Part shown: in pieces, positions 19,101 through 29,439 of the stretch
How the letters are laid out: the number at the start of each line of letters is the position of its first letter
Numbering within the stretch: the first letter of the stretch is position 1
Source of the DNA: Candidatus Hydrogenedentota bacterium
Lineage (GTDB): Bacteria > Hydrogenedentota > Hydrogenedentia > Hydrogenedentales > JAEUWI01
Direction of reading: 5' to 3'
Length of the DNA: 64,000 bases
Assembly (NCBI GenBank): GCA_034669905.1
Contig: JAXMOL010000024.1
Location: 1-64,000 of the forward strand
Notes under the pieces: generated by a model
What the model saw: the letters and a program-made list of their open reading frames with translations, nothing else
Told to the model about the DNA's origin: nothing
Databases searched by the model: none
Program-made: the position numbers and the translations under genes

Positions 19101-21794
19101 TTACCCATCGGCCTGTCCACGCGCATGAAAAACGCTTTCCAGTGCCGCCTGAATGGACGCCTGCATGGCCCCGTCGACTACCTTCGCATCCCCCAATCGA
19201 ATATAGAAGGCATCACGAACCTGTCGTGCATCCGTCACCACATGGGAAGATTGCAAATCGATTCCAAACCCGGCAAGCACCCGGGCAATGTCGTAGAGTA
19301 AGCCGGTTCGGTCGCCGGTTTCAATATCCAAGACCGTATCGGTGCGGGATGCCTCGTTGTCGAAGCTGACTCGGGTCGGTACGGGGACCCGTACTTTGTT
19401 AAATCCAAAGAGCCGATTCCGCGATTTATCCACAAATTCCTGTACCGGCTCCTCCTCGAGCAGTACCCGGGCCAAAGTACGGTTCAGGGTCTTCACCTGC
19501 CCGGCGGTCAGCGCGCGCCGATTCGCCGCATCGATGACGGTGAAACTGTCCACCGCGAATCCATCGGGCGTTGTAAAAACGGATGCCCGCCGCACATCGG
19601 ACAACTGGGCCGTCAAACAGCCCGCGATTTGCGCAAACAGGCCATGCCGATTGCGGGTACACACCACCACATCGCTGGTACCCGTGTCTTCTCGTGCATC
19701 CACGCGAACCGCAAGCCCATGGATGCGGGCCTCTTCCAGACAGGCCATGTGGGACACGATCTGTGCCGGGCTGAATGCCACAAAGTAACGCTCGCCCAAC
19801 TGTCTGAGATGACCTTCGATGTGGGGGCGTAGTTCCTCCGGCGCCAGTTCTTCTATCGTCCGCGCCTTGGGTGAACTCCAGAATGCCTCATCGAAGGGCG
19901 CGCGTCCCAGGAGTAACTGCTCGGCCTTCAAATAGAGTTTCGCCAGGAGGGCACCCTTCCACTCCGTCCATACGTTGGGACCCACCGCACTCAAGTCGGC
20001 GTAGGAGAGCAAGAGCAGGGCCTGAAGCCGCTCCAGGGCACCCATGGTATGGGCAAACTCCGCGACGATATCGAGGTCATCGGTATCCCGGTACATGGCG
20101 ATATGGTTCATGGCCATGTGGTGCTTCACCAGGAACGCAATGCGCTCAATATCGTCTTCGGCCATGCCCATTCGCCCACCGATTGCCTCTACCAGGCGCA
20201 CGCCTTCCTCGACGTGCTCCTCCCCACTGACCTTTCCCAGATCATGACAAAGAATGGCAATAATGAGGATATGGGGGTCCCGCAGATGTTCCAGGGTTCG
20301 TTGGAGCAAGTGACCGATAGGGCCTTCCGCGTCGCCGACCGCTCCGATAGCTTCTACCGCACGGAGCGTATGTTCATCGACGGGATAACTGTGAAAATCT
20401 TCATACCGCACCACGCCATCCACATCGGCGTACTCCGGGATATAGGCGCCAAGCAGCCCCGTCTCTGCCGCCTGTCGCAGGGCCATTCCCGCGTGGAGTG
20501 GGCGACTGCACAACGCAACAAAGAAGCGGCGCACCAAATCGTCGCGCCGAAAGGCCTCGCCCACGAGCGCAAGATTTCCCGTGACGCGCTCCCGGCTGAT
20601 ATGGTCGAGGGGCACCTGACGGCGGCAACTTTCCCACATGATTTCCATCAGGCGGGGAGGATACTCGGCGAACCATTGGGGATCTTCAGCGCCAATACTG
20701 AGCTCCCCATTCACCACCGTGACCCGTCCACGGGAAGCCAACCCCCGGGTAGCCTGGGCGTTCCCGGCCAGGTCGGCAATCCCCACCACCAGGCGGAGCA
20801 TACGCCGCACCAGGCGGGCGGCGCTGTAGTAGTCCTTCATGAAGCGATCAATCGCCGCTTGCCCATCGTCGCCATAACCCAGTGCCGCCGCGACATGCTT
20901 TTGATGGGCGAAGGTGAGCCGATCTTCTGCCTTACCCGTGTAAAAATGAAGCTCGTTTCGGACGCGCCAGATAAAGTCCAGGCTCTCCTGAAAATAGAGG
21001 TTGTCTTCCGAACGCAGCTCGCCCAACCGTTCCAGGTCATCGAGGGTAACCTGCCCACGGCGGAGCCCAACGATCCAACGGGCCACGTGGGCGTCCCGCA
21101 GTCCCCCCACATTCTCCTTAATGTCGGGCTCCGGGTTGTGGAGGTCCCGGTGTTCCTCGGGCAGGGATTCCAGCGTTTCACGGTTGCGGAGAAAGGCCAG
21201 CAAGGCGGCCTCCTGTTTACGTTGAATCGCTTCGACACCCCGCTCCAGGGCACCGAACACACCGCTATCACCCCATACCAGCCGGGCCTGCATATAGCTC
21301 GTCAACACTTCCGGCTCCGAGGCCGCCAGGGCACGGGCTTCCTTCACGTGCTGAAAGATGTAGCCCATCTTGAAACCCACATCCCAAAAAGTCGGGACGA
21401 GATAGTCGTTGAGATCGCGGAGGGCCTGGTCTTGCCGTCCCGTGTAGAGGAAGCAGAGATCTAAATCCGAGCGGGGACTGAGCTCACCGCGCCCGTAGCC
21501 CCCCAGGGCCACCAGGGCGATTCGGCGGCGCAAACGGGGCGAAGCCGATATCTTCGCCAGGCCAAACTGTACAATACCCTGGACCAGCGTATCCGCCGCT
21601 GCCGTGAGATCATTCAGTACGCTCCGCCCCGAGGAGCCGGCCTGATGGCGAACACGGGCTCCCTCCCAGGCCTCACGATAGAATTGGGAAATGGCCTTAA
21701 CGCGGGTCCGCTGGGGACAGGTGCGAAACAATACGGAATCCTGTTCCGCGAAACGGACCAGCTCCGAAAAATCGTACTCGGAAACGTCACTCAC
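19101..21794 (-). CDS. glnD: [Protein-PII] uridylyltransferase/uridylyl-removing enzyme
   Basis: GGYGRGELSPRSDLDL; EPDIKENVGGLRD; FHSYPVDEHTL; HD motif LCHDLGK; two ACT domains (RNRHGLFAQI, DRTGLLYDI). Start placed at GTG 21794. Confidence 0.93.
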   Translation of the reverse strand: MSDVSEYDFSELVRFAEQDSVLFRTCPQRTRVKAISQFYREAWEGARVRHQAGSSGRSVLNDLTAAADTLVQGIVQFGLAKISASPRLRRRIALVALGGYGRGELSPRSDLDLCFLYTGRQDQALRDLNDYLVPTFWDVGFKMGYIFQHVKEARALAASEPEVLTSYMQARLVWGDSGVFGALERGVEAIQRKQEAALLAFLRNRETLESLPEEHRDLHNPEPDIKENVGGLRDAHVARWIVGLRRGQVTLDDLERLGELRSEDNLYFQESLDFIWRVRNELHFYTGKAEDRLTFAHQKHVAAALGYGDDGQAAIDRFMKDYYSAARLVRRMLRLVVGIADLAGNAQATRGLASRGRVTVVNGELSIGAEDPQWFAEYPPRLMEIMWESCRRQVPLDHISRERVTGNLALVGEAFRRDDLVRRFFVALCSRPLHAGMALRQAAETGLLGAYIPEYADVDGVVRYEDFHSYPVDEHTLRAVEAIGAVGDAEGPIGHLLQRTLEHLRDPHILIIAILCHDLGKVSGEEHVEEGVRLVEAIGGRMGMAEDDIERIAFLVKHHMAMNHIAMYRDTDDLDIVAEFAHTMGALERLQALLLLSYADLSAVGPNVWTEWKGALLAKLYLKAEQLLLGRAPFDEAFWSSPKARTIEELAPEELRPHIEGHLRQLGERYFVAFSPAQIVSHMACLEEARIHGLAVRVDAREDTGTSDVVVCTRNRHGLFAQIAGCLTAQLSDVRRASVFTTPDGFAVDSFTVIDAANRRALTAGQVKTLNRTLARVLLEEEPVQEFVDKSRNRLFGFNKVRVPVPTRVSFDNEASRTDTVLDIETGDRTGLLYDIARVLAGFGIDLQSSHVVTDARQVRDAFYIRLGDAKVVDGAMQASIQAALESVFHARGQADG

Positions 21795-21817
21795 GTGCTG
21801 TACTGCTCTCTTCCAGA

Positions 21818-22543
21818 TTAGTTTGGAAAGGGCAACGCCACGTTTTCGAGGTGGGCGCTCTCTACCCATCCCCGTTGACCACTGCCCGTTTCAATCCGGG
21901 TCCATCCCCGGCTGCTAGTCTCCAGGACGACCCGGTCTCCCGCGTGCAAGACATCGCGTATCACATCCCGTGTATCGGGACCGTAGCGCACGGGAAGCTC
22001 TTCGGCCACCACCATGGCGCTATCGGGCGCACGGGCCAGGGTAAGCACCAGGGCCAGCACTACCAGAGTAAATCCGACTGACAGGACTAAACGGTATCGC
22101 GCCATGGTGGGGGGCCACCATAGGACCACCGCCAGTATACCCCAGACCGACCACCATAAAACCAACGCCAGTCCCCGAAGTCCCCACCGGGAAGGTGCCG
22201 TATTGCCCTTCCAGGGAGATCGAAAGCCGGGCGGTAACGCGGACAGGTCATCGGAGACGGCGGCAATCGCCTCGATTCCCCGAAGGGCAGGGCCATAACC
22301 CGGTGCCGTATCCAAAGCGCGCTCGAAGTTCAACAGGGCGTAGCCCCTGTTTCCGGCATGAAAATAGGCCGTCCCCAGGTTGTAAAATACAGGCGCCTCG
22401 CGCACCCCTGCCGTGACCAATTGTTCGTAGGCGACGATGGCGTCATCTACCCGATTTTCCTGGTATGCCGTGTTCCCCTGCTGAAAAAAATCATCGTATA
22501 CCGTTCCGGTGACGCAAAGGGCAGTCAGAAGAAGAAAATTCAC
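21818..22543 (-). CDS. batE: BatE-like TPR + TM + SH3b protein
   Basis: FQQGNTAYQ...YNLGTAYF...NFERAL TPR; two TM; VRYGPD...GWTRI...RGWV SH3-like end. Confidence 0.7.
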   Translation of the reverse strand: MNFLLLTALCVTGTVYDDFFQQGNTAYQENRVDDAIVAYEQLVTAGVREAPVFYNLGTAYFHAGNRGYALLNFERALDTAPGYGPALRGIEAIAAVSDDLSALPPGFRSPWKGNTAPSRWGLRGLALVLWWSVWGILAVVLWWPPTMARYRLVLSVGFTLVVLALVLTLARAPDSAMVVAEELPVRYGPDTRDVIRDVLHAGDRVVLETSSRGWTRIETGSGQRGWVESAHLENVALPFPN

Positions 22544-23943
22544 CTCCCGTCCTCCCTATGGGCCAGGTAGGTCAATGCCCCGATAACCCGTTGGGCCTGC
22601 TCCCGTGTTTCATCGGGCGTGGGCACCGCCGAACTGAAGCGTGCAGTTTCGCACCACCTCAGCACACCGCCGACGGTCCCACCGAGCGCGGGCCCGTGGT
22701 CCCGCGCCAGGGCCTCTTCCAGCTCCGGGGCACTCATCCCGGCCGTCTTCAAACCGGTCGCATAGCGGATTTCCTGCAGGATAGCCTGGCGAAGGCCATT
22801 CACCGACCCTTCCTCGCCCATGGCCACTTCGATGCGGCGGGAAACAGTGCTCCCGGTCCCCGCCAAATACGCACGGCGCTTCCGGAAGGCGAAGCCCCAG
22901 ATCAGGAGAAAGCACACCACCGGCACCAGACTGAGACCGGTGAAATAGCGGATACGAAGCCACGGCCTATCCAGCGGCGGCAACTGGGCCACCACGGGAA
23001 GACGGCCATCTCCCATCGCCATCAACTCGGGGGGAAAGCGTTGTCCCACCCCGCCCACCACGACGAGTTCTTCCGTCTCCCCGCTGGCGGCAACTGCCAG
23101 GGTCATGGCCTCACTTTCAACGGTTTTGTAACGCTTGGTGGTGGGTGAGAAAAAGGTCATGGATAGGGGAGCAAGGGTATGCTCACCCGCTTCCAGCGCA
23201 ACAAGTTCATAGGTGAAGCGTTTCAGGAACTCCGGCTGCCGGGCTTCCGGAAAGAGCACCGAGTCCACAGGCACTTCACGGGCACGATACCAGGGTGCCG
23301 CCTGCAACTGGGGCGGACGAAGGGTCTGGGGATTCCCGCTGCCATAGACGTCCACCTGCATGGAGAATGGCAAGCCCTGTTGCACTTCCGGCGCCACGCT
23401 TGTCTGCAGGGTGAAGGCCCCAATCGCGCCGCTGAAATCCGCTGGGGCCGGGGGCAAGGGCAGCACTTCGATGGTAATCGGGTCGGTCTTTTTGTCCACA
23501 TCGATGGACCGCGCGCCTTCACTTGTAAATCCCCGGGCCATGCCCTGCCACCGCCACGCACCGATGAAGAGCTTTCCTGACCGGGTCGGATAGAGATTAA
23601 TACGGTAGGTCGTCACGATATAGGCGAAGCCATTGCGGGTTTGTTCATGGATCTCTTTTTGGGGCTCCTCGGAGAAAAAGCCTTCCATCTCCGGCAATCG
23701 TACCGCACTGGTCTTGTAAAAATTCTGTACCCGGATACCCCGGAATTTGAGTTGGCCAAAGGTCAAGGTGAGCTGCACCTCTTCACCGAGATAGACGGTC
23801 TTCTGATCCACTTCGCTATCGAGAAAGATCACTTCCTCCAGCGTCGGCAGCGCCACCTGCGCGAGTCGGATGGGTGTTTCCTCGGCGATGGCCGATAGAC
23901 TACCGACCCCGATCAGACTGATGAGAACGAAACGAATCACCAC
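22540..23943 (-). CDS. batD: BatD-family protein
   Basis: Signal peptide; VDQKTVYLGE; ITIEVLPLP...FSGAIGAF; GSGN; FFSPTTKRYKT; C-terminal TM. Confidence 0.78.
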   Translation of the reverse strand: MVIRFVLISLIGVGSLSAIAEETPIRLAQVALPTLEEVIFLDSEVDQKTVYLGEEVQLTLTFGQLKFRGIRVQNFYKTSAVRLPEMEGFFSEEPQKEIHEQTRNGFAYIVTTYRINLYPTRSGKLFIGAWRWQGMARGFTSEGARSIDVDKKTDPITIEVLPLPPAPADFSGAIGAFTLQTSVAPEVQQGLPFSMQVDVYGSGNPQTLRPPQLQAAPWYRAREVPVDSVLFPEARQPEFLKRFTYELVALEAGEHTLAPLSMTFFSPTTKRYKTVESEAMTLAVAASGETEELVVVGGVGQRFPPELMAMGDGRLPVVAQLPPLDRPWLRIRYFTGLSLVPVVCFLLIWGFAFRKRRAYLAGTGSTVSRRIEVAMGEEGSVNGLRQAILQEIRYATGLKTAGMSAPELEEALARDHGPALGGTVGGVLRWCETARFSSAVPTPDETREQAQRVIGALTYLAHREDGR

Positions 23944-24770
23944 CAGCTCTCCCGAAACTGTGTTGTTCCCCGATGCCCGCGGGATGCCGCCTGCTCACGG
24001 CGATCCACCTCCTCCAGGGCACGCAGGATGCCCTCCAGGTTGGCGAGCTCCGGCGGCAGGGGCTCCTCCCCTTCTTCGACACGGCCCCCATCTCCCGGTG
24101 GCGGCAACGTAGCCTCGGGCGCGTCTTCCTCCTCCTCTTCCGGCATGGGATCGGGTTCTTCGGTGGGCGTGGGCGTCACGTCGCTATCGCCGGAGCCACT
24201 TCCCGAACTTTCCCCGGCGACCTGGTCGGGATTATTGCCGCTGGAGGACGACGAAGACTCCTGGGATTCGCCCGCGCCTGCCTGCCCCCCACCTTCCTCG
24301 GGCATTTCGGCCACACTCATCACCACGATCATTTCCCCCGCAGGCATGGACAGGCCCCGGAACACCATGCCGTGTCCTCGCTTGGCCCGTCCGGTAACCC
24401 GCAAGGCCTCCACCACCTGGTCATCCTTTTTCATGTCAATATGGGTTTCCAACACGACCTCCCCCGAATCGGTCAGTCGCATGGGGCGTCCATGAAAAGA
24501 ATAGATCGTCCCCAACCGTACGCTCGCCTCTTCTCCGTAGGGGATGCTGATTTCGTGGTAGGCCACTTCCCGATAGGTATCATAGGGCAGGGTATCCAGG
24601 AAGTCCCGCACGGGCGCCAGGCTCGGGTCACTTTCCATGGTGCTACGCCCTTCATCGGTGCCGTGGATGGCCAGCAGGCGAATGCGCTCGGGCTCTTCGG
24701 GGGTCGTCGGCTCCAGTTCCTTCTGTCCCAGGAGACACAGGGCTATCAGGGTTGCAGCGAGCAGTCTCAT
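23937..24770 (-). CDS. Exported protein with an acidic linker and a BatC-like C-terminal helix ending in Trp
   Basis: Signal-like N-terminus; S/E/P-rich linker; LEGILRALEEVDRREQ...FRESWW; overlaps both neighbours in the operon. Confidence 0.7.
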   Translation of the reverse strand: MRLLAATLIALCLLGQKELEPTTPEEPERIRLLAIHGTDEGRSTMESDPSLAPVRDFLDTLPYDTYREVAYHEISIPYGEEASVRLGTIYSFHGRPMRLTDSGEVVLETHIDMKKDDQVVEALRVTGRAKRGHGMVFRGLSMPAGEMIVVMSVAEMPEEGGGQAGAGESQESSSSSSGNNPDQVAGESSGSGSGDSDVTPTPTEEPDPMPEEEEEDAPEATLPPPGDGGRVEEGEEPLPPELANLEGILRALEEVDRREQAASRGHRGTTQFRESWW

Positions 24771-25459
24771 GGTGCCTCCTCCCCACGGCCCGGCAAACGC
24801 AGGATCACCGTGCTCCCATCGATAACTTCCGCCGTTGCCTGGGGTATCTGGGTCGTGGCCGCATCCACCGCACTGTTGGCCGGGGGCGGTTCTGACTCCC
24901 CTTCTTCCTCCTCTTCCTCGGCCCGGGGCGGGTTTTGTCGGAGCATACTCAGCCGATAGCGCCCGTAGTCAAGATTCCGTTGCGCCTCCTCAAAGTCTGG
25001 CTCGTCCGCCACCAAATCGGTCAGCAGATCGACCGCACGCTGCAGGTTCTGGACCCGGTCCTCGTAGCGATCCGCCGCCGTCAAAAAGCCATCTCGTTGA
25101 AACAGCACCGTGGCACTGTTAAACCGTGCCGCAGGGCCCAGGCCCTCCGGTTCCATCTCGTCTACCCGTGCGAAGGTCTCGTGGGCCTTATCCAGCTGCC
25201 GCAGGGCCTCGCCCTGCGAACCCGGCACCGACAGGACGGTGGCAGTAGCCTGTTGGGCCCGGGCAATCTGAAAGAGCAGCGCAGCATCCTCGGGATAGTC
25301 CACCCGCTCGGACAGCAATGCGCTCAAGGCCGCTTCGGCGCGTCCCGCGTGCAGTTGAAATTCGGACGCACGGAATGTTTCCTCGGGCGCCCGTGTACCC
25401 TGGCATCCCGTCCATAAACACCCGATCGCGAGGGAAAGTATCAAGGCAGCGTAGCGCAT
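24767..25459 (-). CDS. TPR lipoprotein (BatC-like N-terminal part)
   Basis: ATG 25459 overlaps the batB stop; lipobox WTG|C; ARFNSATV and EAQRNL TPR-like helices; acidic tail. Confidence 0.65.
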   Translation of the reverse strand: MRYAALILSLAIGCLWTGCQGTRAPEETFRASEFQLHAGRAEAALSALLSERVDYPEDAALLFQIARAQQATATVLSVPGSQGEALRQLDKAHETFARVDEMEPEGLGPAARFNSATVLFQRDGFLTAADRYEDRVQNLQRAVDLLTDLVADEPDFEEAQRNLDYGRYRLSMLRQNPPRAEEEEEEGESEPPPANSAVDAATTQIPQATAEVIDGSTVILRLPGRGEEAP

Positions 25460-26529
25460 CACGGCCCCTCCTTTTCGGAGCCCGGCGCCCGCGCCAGGCG
25501 GGGCATGAGAATGAGCCACAGCGCTTCGGCCGCAAAAAACGCGACGGCAAGGGCCAGGGGCCACCGATAACGATTGGTGCGCTGAAGTCCAGGACCCTCA
25601 TCGGAAGATGCCCCATCGAGGAAGGCAAGTTCTCGCTGAATCACACGAACGTCATCATCGCCCAGCGTACTCCGCACATAAACTCCACCACCGGCCACTG
25701 CAATATCCGAAAGGGCATCTTCATCCAATCGGGAGTGGTGGCTGCGATCCGATACGCCGTTACCTCGGACCTGGCGCATCCATTGGGGCAAGGTAACTTC
25801 TGCGCCGTCGGGGTCACCGATGCCGATGACCATGATCGTACTCAGCGGCGCGAGTTCGTGGGCCGCCTGTTGGGCATCACCGGTTACGGCTTCGCCATCA
25901 CTCACCAGCAACACCGCCCGGCCTGAACCGCCGCTTGCAGCCCCTGAAGTGGCATCCCCCGAGAAGATTTTCGCCGCTTCATAGAGGGCCGCCTCAATGT
26001 CGGTCCCTTCTTCCGAAAGAGTATCCGTGTCCACCGCATGTAGTACCGTCATGAAATAGGCATGATCGTTCGTGAGTGGGCACTGGAGGGCTGCACCGCC
26101 GGAAAAGGCTATGAGGCCAAATCGGTCTGCGGGATTCTTCAGCACCAGATCGGCGATCTTGCGGCGGGCTCGCTCCAGGCGACTCGGTGCCGGATTGACC
26201 GCGTTCATACTCTCCGAGGTGTCGAGCAAGATCAGAAACTCACGGCTCCCCCGGGCCTGGGCGGTCGCATCTGAACCCCAATGGGGACCCGCCATGGCCA
26301 GGAATAGAGCGAGTGCACCCAAGAGCACCAGGTAATTGAGGGGCCGCCGTAGTGCCTGGCGATAGCCGATAGATATGCGATCCAACATCACGGGGGACAC
26401 AAAACGGGCCAGGCGTTGGGCACGCCGCCGCTCCAGCCACGCCAGTATTCCCCCGAGGCACAGCCCGAGCAGCAGCATGACAGCGAGCACGGTGCCCAGG
26501 CTTCCCATGGTGAAGTACAGGTCGCTCAT
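25459..26529 (-). CDS. batB: BatB-like vWA domain protein
   Basis: AMAGPHWG; MIDAS DTSESM; PSRLERAR; QCPLTND; LVSDGE; SRLDEDALSDIA. Confidence 0.82.
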   Translation of the reverse strand: MSDLYFTMGSLGTVLAVMLLLGLCLGGILAWLERRRAQRLARFVSPVMLDRISIGYRQALRRPLNYLVLLGALALFLAMAGPHWGSDATAQARGSREFLILLDTSESMNAVNPAPSRLERARRKIADLVLKNPADRFGLIAFSGGAALQCPLTNDHAYFMTVLHAVDTDTLSEEGTDIEAALYEAAKIFSGDATSGAASGGSGRAVLLVSDGEAVTGDAQQAAHELAPLSTIMVIGIGDPDGAEVTLPQWMRQVRGNGVSDRSHHSRLDEDALSDIAVAGGGVYVRSTLGDDDVRVIQRELAFLDGASSDEGPGLQRTNRYRWPLALAVAFFAAEALWLILMPRLARAPGSEKEGP

Positions 26530-27575
26530 GGCAGCACCTCAAACCAGATGCGTCGACTGAAGACCGCCCCGCCGAGCAGCAGCGCGCCCAGAAGAATCCA
26601 CGGGGTGTGGGCCTCGTCATACTCGTATACATCGCCCACCTCCATGTCGGTGGCTTCGAGGGTGTTGATGGCGTTGTAGGCTTCTTCCAGCGATGTGGCG
26701 TCGGTGGCCCGATAGTAGGCCCCGCCGCTGATTTCCGCGATCTGTTTCAAACTGGCTTCGTCAACCGAATCACCTCGTTGACGCGCTGCCGCCGCGACCG
26801 ACCCCATCCGTTGGGCATCGGGAAGGGGCCCCACACCCAGGGTATAAATTCGCATGTCGTAGGCCGCCGCAAGATGGGCCGCGGTTACCGGGTCGAGTTC
26901 ATTGCGATTGTTCATTCCGTCCGTAAGCAGCACGATGACTTTGGACTTCGCCTCACTCTTACTAAGTCGCCGCACCGCCAACCCGATAGCGGAGCCGATG
27001 GCCGTACCGTTCTTATGGCGCTCCCGATCGGAGGCCGGTTGGGCTGCGGCAATCTCGAATTCCAACACGCCGTAGTCCAGCGTCAGCGGACAGGCCGTCC
27101 AGGCGATGCCAGCATAGAATATCAGTCCCAGTCGATCCACGCCGAACCGTTCTTCGGGCACCAGGCGGCGGTTTGCGATGAAGTTCCCTACCGCAATCTT
27201 GGTCACATCCAGTCGATTGGCATCCTCGGACCCGATTCGGAAGTCTCTCTCGCCCATACTGCTGGACACATCCACGCAGAGCATAATATCCACTACGTCC
27301 GCCCGATCTTTCCGAATGCGGAAGCCATCCATGGGGCCCGCCAGGGCCACCAACAGGGCGAGCAGGCCAAGGCAACGGAGGACGGCAGGCAGGTGACGGG
27401 TCCAGGCCCGGCGTCGGTGGGCCAGCTCCTTCAGCCGCGACCCCGTGGAAATAACCAGGAGCCCCGGGGATTTGCGAAGCACTTCAACGATCAACAACAC
27501 GATGGGCAATGGCACGAGATAGAGCCAGGCCGGCGTACGCAGGATATCGAAAAAGAACGGGTCGTACTGCATCAT
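26526..27575 (-). CDS. batA: BatA-like vWA domain protein
   Basis: DIMLCVDVSSSM; CPLTLDY; GTAIGSAIG; SEAKSKVIVLLTDG; GGAYYRATD. Confidence 0.85.
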   Translation of the reverse strand: MMQYDPFFFDILRTPAWLYLVPLPIVLLIVEVLRKSPGLLVISTGSRLKELAHRRRAWTRHLPAVLRCLGLLALLVALAGPMDGFRIRKDRADVVDIMLCVDVSSSMGERDFRIGSEDANRLDVTKIAVGNFIANRRLVPEERFGVDRLGLIFYAGIAWTACPLTLDYGVLEFEIAAAQPASDRERHKNGTAIGSAIGLAVRRLSKSEAKSKVIVLLTDGMNNRNELDPVTAAHLAAAYDMRIYTLGVGPLPDAQRMGSVAAAARQRGDSVDEASLKQIAEISGGAYYRATDATSLEEAYNAINTLEATDMEVGDVYEYDEAHTPWILLGALLLGGAVFSRRIWFEVLP

Positions 27576-28525
27576 GCCGCCGACTCCTGCTCAGCGGGCT
27601 CTTCCACCGTTTCCCCGAGATCATCCACGTCCCGTATGAAAGCGATCACAGAGTCGGCCTCTTCCATCATCTGCGATATGGCGGGTTGGCGCAACGCGAA
27701 CTTTACGCCATCAAAGGAACGCAGGAGCGCAACGAAGGCCTCAACCTGGGGATCGCTGAGTACCGTCTCGACACCCAGTGCGTTGGCCACTTCGGGCGTC
27801 GAACGTTCATGCACGTGCACCCGAAATCGCTCGGAGACAAAATCGCGAAGAATGTCCGAAAGCTCCACATAATACGCCTCCCCCCGAACCCGCCGCTTAT
27901 CGAGACGGCCAACCAGTTCCCGTACCCGCATTTCGGCCACCTGCCCCGGCGTCGCGGGCCCGCGCTGCCGTCGCACGTAGAGCACCCCAGCCATGGCGGT
28001 GCCTGCCAGGAGCAATACGATACCCCCGATAAACAGTGTACTCATGGGGAGGTGAGGCATACGGGCCTGTGCTTCTTCCAGACTCAACAAAGGAAGGGGC
28101 TCCGCCACAGCGGCCCGCTCTGCTTCGGTCAGGTCCCTGACTTCGAGCACCACCGGCACCACGTCTGCCACCTGCTTTCCCGCTATCTGTACCTGCGCGG
28201 CGGGCAATTCATAGCGCGCCACCCTCGATGGTACGAGGTGAAAGACCTGTGTGAATGCTTGCCGACCACCACCCAACACCCGGGAATGGCTTTCCCCCCG
28301 CTGCACCGCCAGGCCCGGCATGCTTTCCGCCCAGGGCGCAACCACGACGGCGGCGTCCACGGGCGCATTGACCCGAATCGTATAGGTCGCCACCTGGTGA
28401 AAAGGAATCTCCGTGGGCGCGAGTTCACCCGTCGCCGTTACATCCTGGGCAAAGACCGGCATCGCACGGGCCACGAGCAATAGCACGAAAGGCATCATGA
28501 CACGATAGTGCTTCCGAGTCTTCAT
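27572..28525 (-). CDS. Bat-operon membrane protein (Ig-like domain, TM, cytoplasmic helical domain)
   Basis: Signal peptide; TM; YYVELSDILRDFVSERF...ERSTPE...DGVKFA; typical position between DUF58 and batA. Confidence 0.72.
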   Translation of the reverse strand: MKTRKHYRVMMPFVLLLVARAMPVFAQDVTATGELAPTEIPFHQVATYTIRVNAPVDAAVVVAPWAESMPGLAVQRGESHSRVLGGGRQAFTQVFHLVPSRVARYELPAAQVQIAGKQVADVVPVVLEVRDLTEAERAAVAEPLPLLSLEEAQARMPHLPMSTLFIGGIVLLLAGTAMAGVLYVRRQRGPATPGQVAEMRVRELVGRLDKRRVRGEAYYVELSDILRDFVSERFRVHVHERSTPEVANALGVETVLSDPQVEAFVALLRSFDGVKFALRQPAISQMMEEADSVIAFIRDVDDLGETVEEPAEQESAA

Positions 28526-29415
28526 GCGAGCATACGCCGTTCGCGCATACGAAAAAAGCGGTGGAGGGCGCGCACGTAGTCCTCTTCCACTTCGAGGGCG
28601 ATGAGGTCTACCCGCAATCGTTCCATCAGGGCGCGGCGGGCTTCCAGGCGCTGCAGGGCCTCGGTGGCGTAGTCCTCCCGAACTGACAGTCGGCGGGTAT
28701 CCACAATGGCCTCTTCGCCCGACTCGCTGTCCCGCACCGCAATGACGCCCACATCCGGTAGGGTCAATTCCCGGGGGTCGTCAATGGCCACCGCGATGGT
28801 GTCGTGTTTCCGGCGGGTCATGCGCAGGGCTGTCTCGTAGTCTTCATCCATAAAATCAGAAATCACGAAGACCACCGCGCGCCGCTTGACCACCTGGTTG
28901 AGATAGTCGAGGGCACGGGCAATGTTGGTTCCCCGTCGGCTCGGCTCATGACAGAGTATTTCCCGAATCACGCGGAGGACATGCTTTCGTCCCTTCTGGG
29001 GACGAACGAATAGTTCCACTTCGTCGGTAAAAATGAGCAGCCCCACCCGGTCATTGTTTTTGATGGCGGCGTGGGCCAGCACGGCGCCCAACTCGGCCAC
29101 CAGCTCACTCTTATAGCGGGTGCCGCTGCCAAAGCGCCCCGACGCGCTCGCATCCACCACCAGCATGACGGTCAATTCCCGTTCTTCGGTCATGATCTTG
29201 ACGTGGGGGTACCCCGTGCGGGCCGTCACGTTCCAGTCGATAGCGCGCACATCATCGCCGGGCACGTATTCGCGGACTTCCTTAAAGACCATGCCCTGGC
29301 CTTTGAAGACACTCTCGTATTCGCCCGACAACAGATCGTTGACGACCCGCTGTGTCTTGATGCGGATACGCTGTATCTGCGCCATGACCGATGCTGGAAT
29401 AGTCGTGCCGTCCAT
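28522..29415 (-). CDS. DUF58 domain protein (MoxR-associated)
   Basis: SVFKGQGMVFKEVREYVPGDDVRAIDWNVTAR; EERELTV; VISDF. Confidence 0.93.
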   Translation of the reverse strand: MDGTTIPASVMAQIQRIRIKTQRVVNDLLSGEYESVFKGQGMVFKEVREYVPGDDVRAIDWNVTARTGYPHVKIMTEERELTVMLVVDASASGRFGSGTRYKSELVAELGAVLAHAAIKNNDRVGLLIFTDEVELFVRPQKGRKHVLRVIREILCHEPSRRGTNIARALDYLNQVVKRRAVVFVISDFMDEDYETALRMTRRKHDTIAVAIDDPRELTLPDVGVIAVRDSESGEEAIVDTRRLSVREDYATEALQRLEARRALMERLRVDLIALEVEEDYVRALHRFFRMRERRMLA

Positions 29416-29439
29416 ACTGCCTGTCTAGCCTTTCGCCCG

